Source: an uncultured Nitrososphaeraceae archaeon
GTDB lineage: Archaea; Thermoproteota; Nitrososphaeria; Nitrososphaerales; Nitrososphaeraceae
Reading direction: 5' to 3'
Assembly: GCA_963779615.1 (NCBI GenBank)
Contig: CAVZZA010000005.1
Coordinates: forward strand, 256,001-320,000
Length of the DNA: 64,000 nt
A program made the translations under genes and the position numbers. The stretch's first letter is position 1. Each line of letters opens with the position of its first letter. Positions 59,571 to 64,000 of this stretch are shown here, one piece after another. The notes under the pieces are model-generated. The model was not told the DNA's origin. It did not search any database and saw only the letters and a list, made by a program, of their open reading frames with translations.

Positions 59571-60398
59571 ATAACTTCTTCCACTAACTTGGCTTCAAAG
59601 TCATCTATTGCAAGGGGCATATCAGAATCGGATTTGATTTTGCCTTGTTTCTTTAAAACTTCTTTTGTCAATAGCCAATACACCGTAGCTAATGCTTTTC
59701 TTCCTCTGTTATTAGTGGGGATAACCACATCAACTTTTGAGGTAATGTTATCACTGTTAGATAATGCGATAACCGGAACACCTGCCCTAGTTGCTTCTAG
59801 GACCTGCTTGTTCATCAGCCTGAGGATCTGTTACTATAACAATTTCAGGTTCCAAATATTTTGGCAATGAAGGATTAGTGAATGTTCCGGGCATAAATCG
59901 ACCGAATATTCCCCTTGCACCAGTTAACTCACAAAATTTTTCAATTGGAGTTTTACCATACTCTCTTGAAGATGTCACTGCCACATTGGCAATATTTGTT
60001 CTTCCTATAAATTTAGCAGCAACATCAATTCGTGCCAAAGTTTTGCTAATGTCAAGAATATACAACCCCTCCGGATTAGCGCGTGTTATAAAAGACGACA
60101 TAAACTTAGTTTTTATAGGAGTTCCCACCCTAATTCCTGTAGATAATATCATTTTTTCTAAGTTATTAGGGTCCTCTATCGAATCGGAATTTTCAGTTTC
60201 AGAATTAGGTAAATTTGATGACGGCGATTCGATAGAGTCTGATGAAATATCTTTTGATGGGGATGAGGTAATTTGCGAATTAGTTTCATTTTCTGTTTCA
60301 CTATATGTTGTATTTTCATACTCATTAACAGAACTATTCTCATATTTTTCCTGTTCATAATTACTGGAAGAGCTAGAATCGGAATTTTGTTCAATCAT
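59567..60398 (-). CDS. rps2: 30S ribosomal protein S2, split by a single-base frameshift near 59802
   Basis: ORF 59787-60398 (GIRVGT, GRFMPGTFTNP, TDPQADEQA) continues in ORF 59567-59815 (VLEATRAGVPVIAL..PTNNRGRKAL). Confidence 0.93.
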
Positions 60399-60399
60399 T

Positions 60400-61656
60400 T
60401 TATATATTGCTCCATTTAGCCATTCCTTCTATTAAACCATACTCTGAAATTCGTATTAACTCATTTAACTTGGCAATTCTTTCGCCGCCAACTACACCTG
60501 ACTTTAACATAAACGAATTCGTAGCTATGGCAATATGAGCGATATGACTATCTATCGACTCCCCAGATCGATGGGAGGTAACTATTTTGATATTATTGTC
60601 ACCGCATTCTTTCGCAAACAATAATGCATCATAAAGCGATCCAGCCTGGTTTACCTTTAAAATCGCCCCAGAACATGAATGCTTTTCTGCAGCAATTTTA
60701 ACCCTATCCTTATTTGTTACCAATAGATCGTCGCCAGCAACAATGCATCGAGGATTTTTCTTGGTCAATTCCGACATTCCGTCAAAATCTTCTTCATGCA
60801 GTGGATCCTCAGCATAAATTAAGTCATATCGTTTAATCAAGGAATCAGCATATTCTAATTGATCGTTAGTATCACGGATTTTCCCATGTCTTTTGTACTC
60901 ATATACATTATTTTGAGAGTTCCACAAAGATGAACTTGCAAAGTCTATTCCTAAACGGACATCATTTTTAACGTTATAACCGCAATTTTTGACGGTTTGT
61001 TCTAAAATCTCAACAGCTTTATCATTATTAATATTTGGTGCCCAAGCACCCTCATCGCCCTTTCCGCCCGTGAACTTTGAGTCAAGTTTTTCTAGGTCTT
61101 TTTTTAATTCTTTATGAATTTTTGAGTTTATATCCAATGCTTCAAAGATAGATTTAGCGCCAACAGGTAAGACTAAAAATTCTTGTAGATCAGGAGTTCC
61201 AGGTCCGGCATGTGCACCTCCGCCTAACATATTTCCTAATGGGAATGGAAAATTTATTTTGTCTAACTTTGGGTTTAACACTTTATAAAATGGTAGATTA
61301 AGGGATTTTGAAGCAGAATCAATACAAGATATTGTAAGAGCATATGCCATAGAGCCGCCAATTGTTGAATAGTTTGCAGATGTGTCATGTCCTCTCAAAG
61401 TTTCATGTATGGTATTCAAATCATCAGATTCTAAGCCTATAAATTTTTTTTTTACATCTCTAAAAACTTCAATAGTTTTCCTGGGATCATTGTTAACGAA
61501 GCTTTGGGCTTCATACATACCAACACTGGCGCCGGATGGTGCACATGCCCTGCCAAGAAACTGATTATCTGAAACAACATCTACTTCAACGGTTTTATCA
61601 CCACGGCTATTAAAGACTATTCTTTCATTGATTGATGTTATTTTAGGCATTTTCAT
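60400..61656 (-). CDS. eno: Enolase
   Basis: NSRG..TVEV, APSGAS.G, GDEG, EDP, AGDDL.VTN, LKVNQ.G, SHRSGE, ERIAKLN. Confidence 0.96.
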   Translation of the reverse strand: MKMPKITSINERIVFNSRGDKTVEVDVVSDNQFLGRACAPSGASVGMYEAQSFVNNDPRKTIEVFRDVKKKFIGLESDDLNTIHETLRGHDTSANYSTIGGSMAYALTISCIDSASKSLNLPFYKVLNPKLDKINFPFPLGNMLGGGAHAGPGTPDLQEFLVLPVGAKSIFEALDINSKIHKELKKDLEKLDSKFTGGKGDEGAWAPNINNDKAVEILEQTVKNCGYNVKNDVRLGIDFASSSLWNSQNNVYEYKRHGKIRDTNDQLEYADSLIKRYDLIYAEDPLHEEDFDGMSELTKKNPRCIVAGDDLLVTNKDRVKIAAEKHSCSGAILKVNQAGSLYDALLFAKECGDNNIKIVTSHRSGESIDSHIAHIAIATNSFMLKSGVVGGERIAKLNELIRISEYGLIEGMAKWSNI

Positions 61657-61892
61657 CCGTCCATTTCAGACTGTATCTCTGCCCTGCGTTTTCTCAAAGA
61701 TTCATAATATGGAATAACCTGGTATATTGTTTCTACGCTTGATATAAACATCCTTCTACAACAATATCGACTTATTTTCAATGCATCCATCACTTGATTA
61801 GGTTCCTCCCCCAATTTAATACGAGATATATATTCATTATAAATATGTGCAATTAATTTACCACAAGTAAAACATCTGACAGGAACAAGCAT
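61653..61892 (-). CDS. rpoN: RNA polymerase subunit N (Rpo10)
   Basis: MLVPVRCFTCG...RYCCRRM; start ATG 61892. Confidence 0.97.
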   Translation of the reverse strand: MLVPVRCFTCGKLIAHIYNEYISRIKLGEEPNQVMDALKISRYCCRRMFISSVETIYQVIPYYESLRKRRAEIQSEMDG

Positions 61893-61992
61893 GCTTTTAA
61901 AAAAATAATTGCCTACATAAAAACCCTTCAACTTACAACCAATAATAATAGTGGGAATATTCAAATTAAACCTAAAATATAAGAAAAATGAA

Positions 61993-62077
61993 GCGGGAGT
62001 CGCCCAGCTTGGCCAAAGGCGTAAGGTTGAGGGCCTTATCCCTTAGGGGTTCGTGGGTTCAAATCCCATCTCCCGCA
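61993..62077 (+). tRNA. tRNA-Leu(GAG)
   Basis: GCGGGAG acceptor, TAAGG-TTGAGGG-CCTTA anticodon arm, long variable arm, GGTTCAAATCC T-arm, CTCCCGCA end; no intron. Confidence 0.96.
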
Positions 62078-62139
62078 TCTATTTAAAAAAAAGCTAATAA
62101 AAAATAAACATAATTATAACAAATAAAAAAAGTTTAAAG

Positions 62140-63153
62140 ATGAATCTAATACCTGCCTATCCAGCCCCAGATTTTAAAGAGATAAAAAAATGGAGTGATG
62201 GTTTAAATTATTCTATTAAAGATTTTAAAGGAAAAGTTATCTTGTTGGATTTTTGGACTTACACATGCATCTATTGTTTGAGGACAATTCCACTTTTAAA
62301 TAAAATAAATACAAAATATAAAGACAAAGGTTTGGTAATATTGCCCATTCACTCAGCAGAATACGAATTTGCAAAAGATGGTGCAAACATAGAAAAAGCA
62401 ATTGTAACTTTAAACTTAAACGGATACTCAATAGGATTTGATACCAAAAATAAGACGTGGGAAAAATATGGGAATTCATACTGGCCAAAACATATTTTCA
62501 TAGACAAAGAAGGATTTGTCAGATATGAACACCCTGGATTCGGTACTTTAAAAGATTTTGAGGAACCCTTATGTGAGTTATTAGACATACCATACAGTCG
62601 TGAATATGTAGATGAAGAAAATGAAAAAGAAGAAAGAGTAGAAGACAATGAAATAACGAAAATATACGGAATGCATTTTATGGGGATGGCGCCAGAAATT
62701 TGTACAGGATATTCAAGAATCAGAAGATTTGGAAATAACCAAAGATTAAAAATTAACGATTATAATATTTTAACAGAACCTAGTACCCTCTTAGATAACA
62801 ATGTGTATTTGAGGGGAAAATGGAGGTGGGATAAAGAAGGGATAAAAGTATCTCTAGATCATAAAGAAAAAAATCCCGCAATAATTTTTAGATATAACAA
62901 GGCAATGAATGTTAACATCATAATAGGATCAGATGACAATAAACCAGCAATAGCAGAAATAAAAATTGATAATGAGTATCTAAATAAAGAAAAACAAGGC
63001 AGCCACATTAAAATGAAAAAAGGAATAAGCTATATTGAAACCACATGGCCCTTCATTTACAACGTGATAAAAACAAAAAAAATGGAGACACACAAAATAG
63101 ACATAATTCCAAGGTCGGACAATTTTTGTTTTTATACGTTTGTGTTTGGATAA
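62140..63153 (+). CDS. Thioredoxin-like redoxin protein (DipZ C-terminal type)
   Basis: LLDFWTYTCIYC, HSAEYEF, N.YWP, C-terminal FYTFVFG. Confidence 0.88.
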   Translation: MNLIPAYPAPDFKEIKKWSDGLNYSIKDFKGKVILLDFWTYTCIYCLRTIPLLNKINTKYKDKGLVILPIHSAEYEFAKDGANIEKAIVTLNLNGYSIGFDTKNKTWEKYGNSYWPKHIFIDKEGFVRYEHPGFGTLKDFEEPLCELLDIPYSREYVDEENEKEERVEDNEITKIYGMHFMGMAPEICTGYSRIRRFGNNQRLKINDYNILTEPSTLLDNNVYLRGKWRWDKEGIKVSLDHKEKNPAIIFRYNKAMNVNIIIGSDDNKPAIAEIKIDNEYLNKEKQGSHIKMKKGISYIETTWPFIYNVIKTKKMETHKIDIIPRSDNFCFYTFVFG

Positions 63154-63232
63154 AACATTGACAAAATATTTTTATCAACAAATATGAAAAAATAAAAAAA
63201 AATTTTATTTGCTTTTTATTTACAATAAGTGT

Positions 63233-63748
63233 ATGATTGAGTCTAATGGGCATAACAAAGAGAGAGTCAAAGAAGGAGAAAAACCTACCAACTTTGAATT
63301 TTTCGATTTAGATGGGAAAAAACAGGAACTTGACGAGATAATAGGTGAGAAAAAAATAGTCATCTATTTTTATCCAAAAGATTTTACCCCCGGCTGTACG
63401 ATTGAAGCAGAAGAATTTTCTGCAGATTATCAAAAGTTCAAAGAAAACGGAATTGAAATAATCGGTATAAGCCCCGATTCTTATGAGTCACATGTAAAAT
63501 TCAGGGAAAAAATGAGCATTCCATATATGTTAGCATCAGATCAAAATAACTCTATTGCCAAAAAATACGGAGTATATGGACCGAAAAAATTTATGGGTAA
63601 AGAATACCAGGGCGTAAAAAGGTCAACCTTTTTGTTAGATAAAAATGGAATAATAACAAAAATATATGAAAAGGTCAAGCCGGCTGGTCATAGTAAGGAA
63701 ATATTAGAATATTTTAACAAGGGAGGAGAGACACCTCAAGAAGGTTAA
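63233..63748 (+). CDS. bcp: Peroxiredoxin, BCP type
   Basis: YFYPKDFTPGCT.EA, GISPD...SH..F, RSTF. Confidence 0.93.
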   Translation: MIESNGHNKERVKEGEKPTNFEFFDLDGKKQELDEIIGEKKIVIYFYPKDFTPGCTIEAEEFSADYQKFKENGIEIIGISPDSYESHVKFREKMSIPYMLASDQNNSIAKKYGVYGPKKFMGKEYQGVKRSTFLLDKNGIITKIYEKVKPAGHSKEILEYFNKGGETPQEG

Positions 63749-64000
63749 ATTTCTATTCCATATATGGAATATAGGGTTTTATCTATTTTTTCTTCAGCCA
63801 TATCAAAATAATTAAAATAATCTTGTTTTAGTTTAACTTTCTGAATTAGAATCTTATTCAGACTTTCAACACTATTATCATTGCTATTATTGGAAGATTC
63901 TCGATAGTCTAAAATAATTTCAGAGGTTTCTTTCAATAAGGAATTAGATTCTTTTATCCACCCCTCAATGACATTTTGGTCATTGGCACCTATAAGAATT
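63745..64000 (-). CDS. C-terminal part of a gene starting beyond the window
   Basis: Frame appears open from the window edge (ILIGANDQNVIEGWIKES...YGIEI*); function not recognised. Confidence 0.6.
   Translation of the reverse strand, partial: ILIGANDQNVIEGWIKESNSLLKETSEIILDYRESSNNSNDNSVESLNKILIQKVKLKQDYFNYFDMAEEKIDKTLYSIYGIEI

Noticed and set aside
59787-59815. Programmed ribosomal frameshift in rps2
   Set aside because: No slippery sequence or obvious stimulatory structure; a sequencing indel is more parsimonious.

Overview
Archaeal chromosomal window, AT-rich. Gene content and style point to an ammonia-oxidising Nitrososphaerota member, most like Ca. Nitrosocosmicus; this is inferred, not tested. 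The first ~6 kb is a decayed accessory region: an IS630-type transposase start, DUF1254, MscS and ZIP pseudogenes, a His/Asp-repeat exported protein, a DM13 protein, and an HTH/coiled-coil gene preceded by 11-bp tandem repeats. The rest is mostly core genome: GT2, TFB, PPP phosphatase, a KaiC/RAD55-like ATPase, dph5, the LysW-dependent Lys/Arg cluster, fbp-tpi, a Grs-like radical SAM enzyme, rpl40e, dnaG-ribK-ribL, a two-intron tRNA-Tyr, an 11-subunit complex I (nuoABCDHIJKMLN), the GGR/gltX/isoprenoid cluster, rps2-eno-rpoN, tRNA-Leu and redoxin genes. The best candidate for an undescribed system is a tight three-gene operon at 33522-36444: a degenerate CysRS paralog apparently lacking the anticodon-binding domain, a GNAT acetyltransferase and a divergent HemB. 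It resembles the MshC/MshD ligase-plus-acetyltransferase logic. Other notable points are a LysW carrier ending in Gln instead of the essential Glu, a T-loop tRNA intron with C54, and single-base frameshifts in rps2 and ribL. All calls come from motif recognition by eye; no database searches were run.
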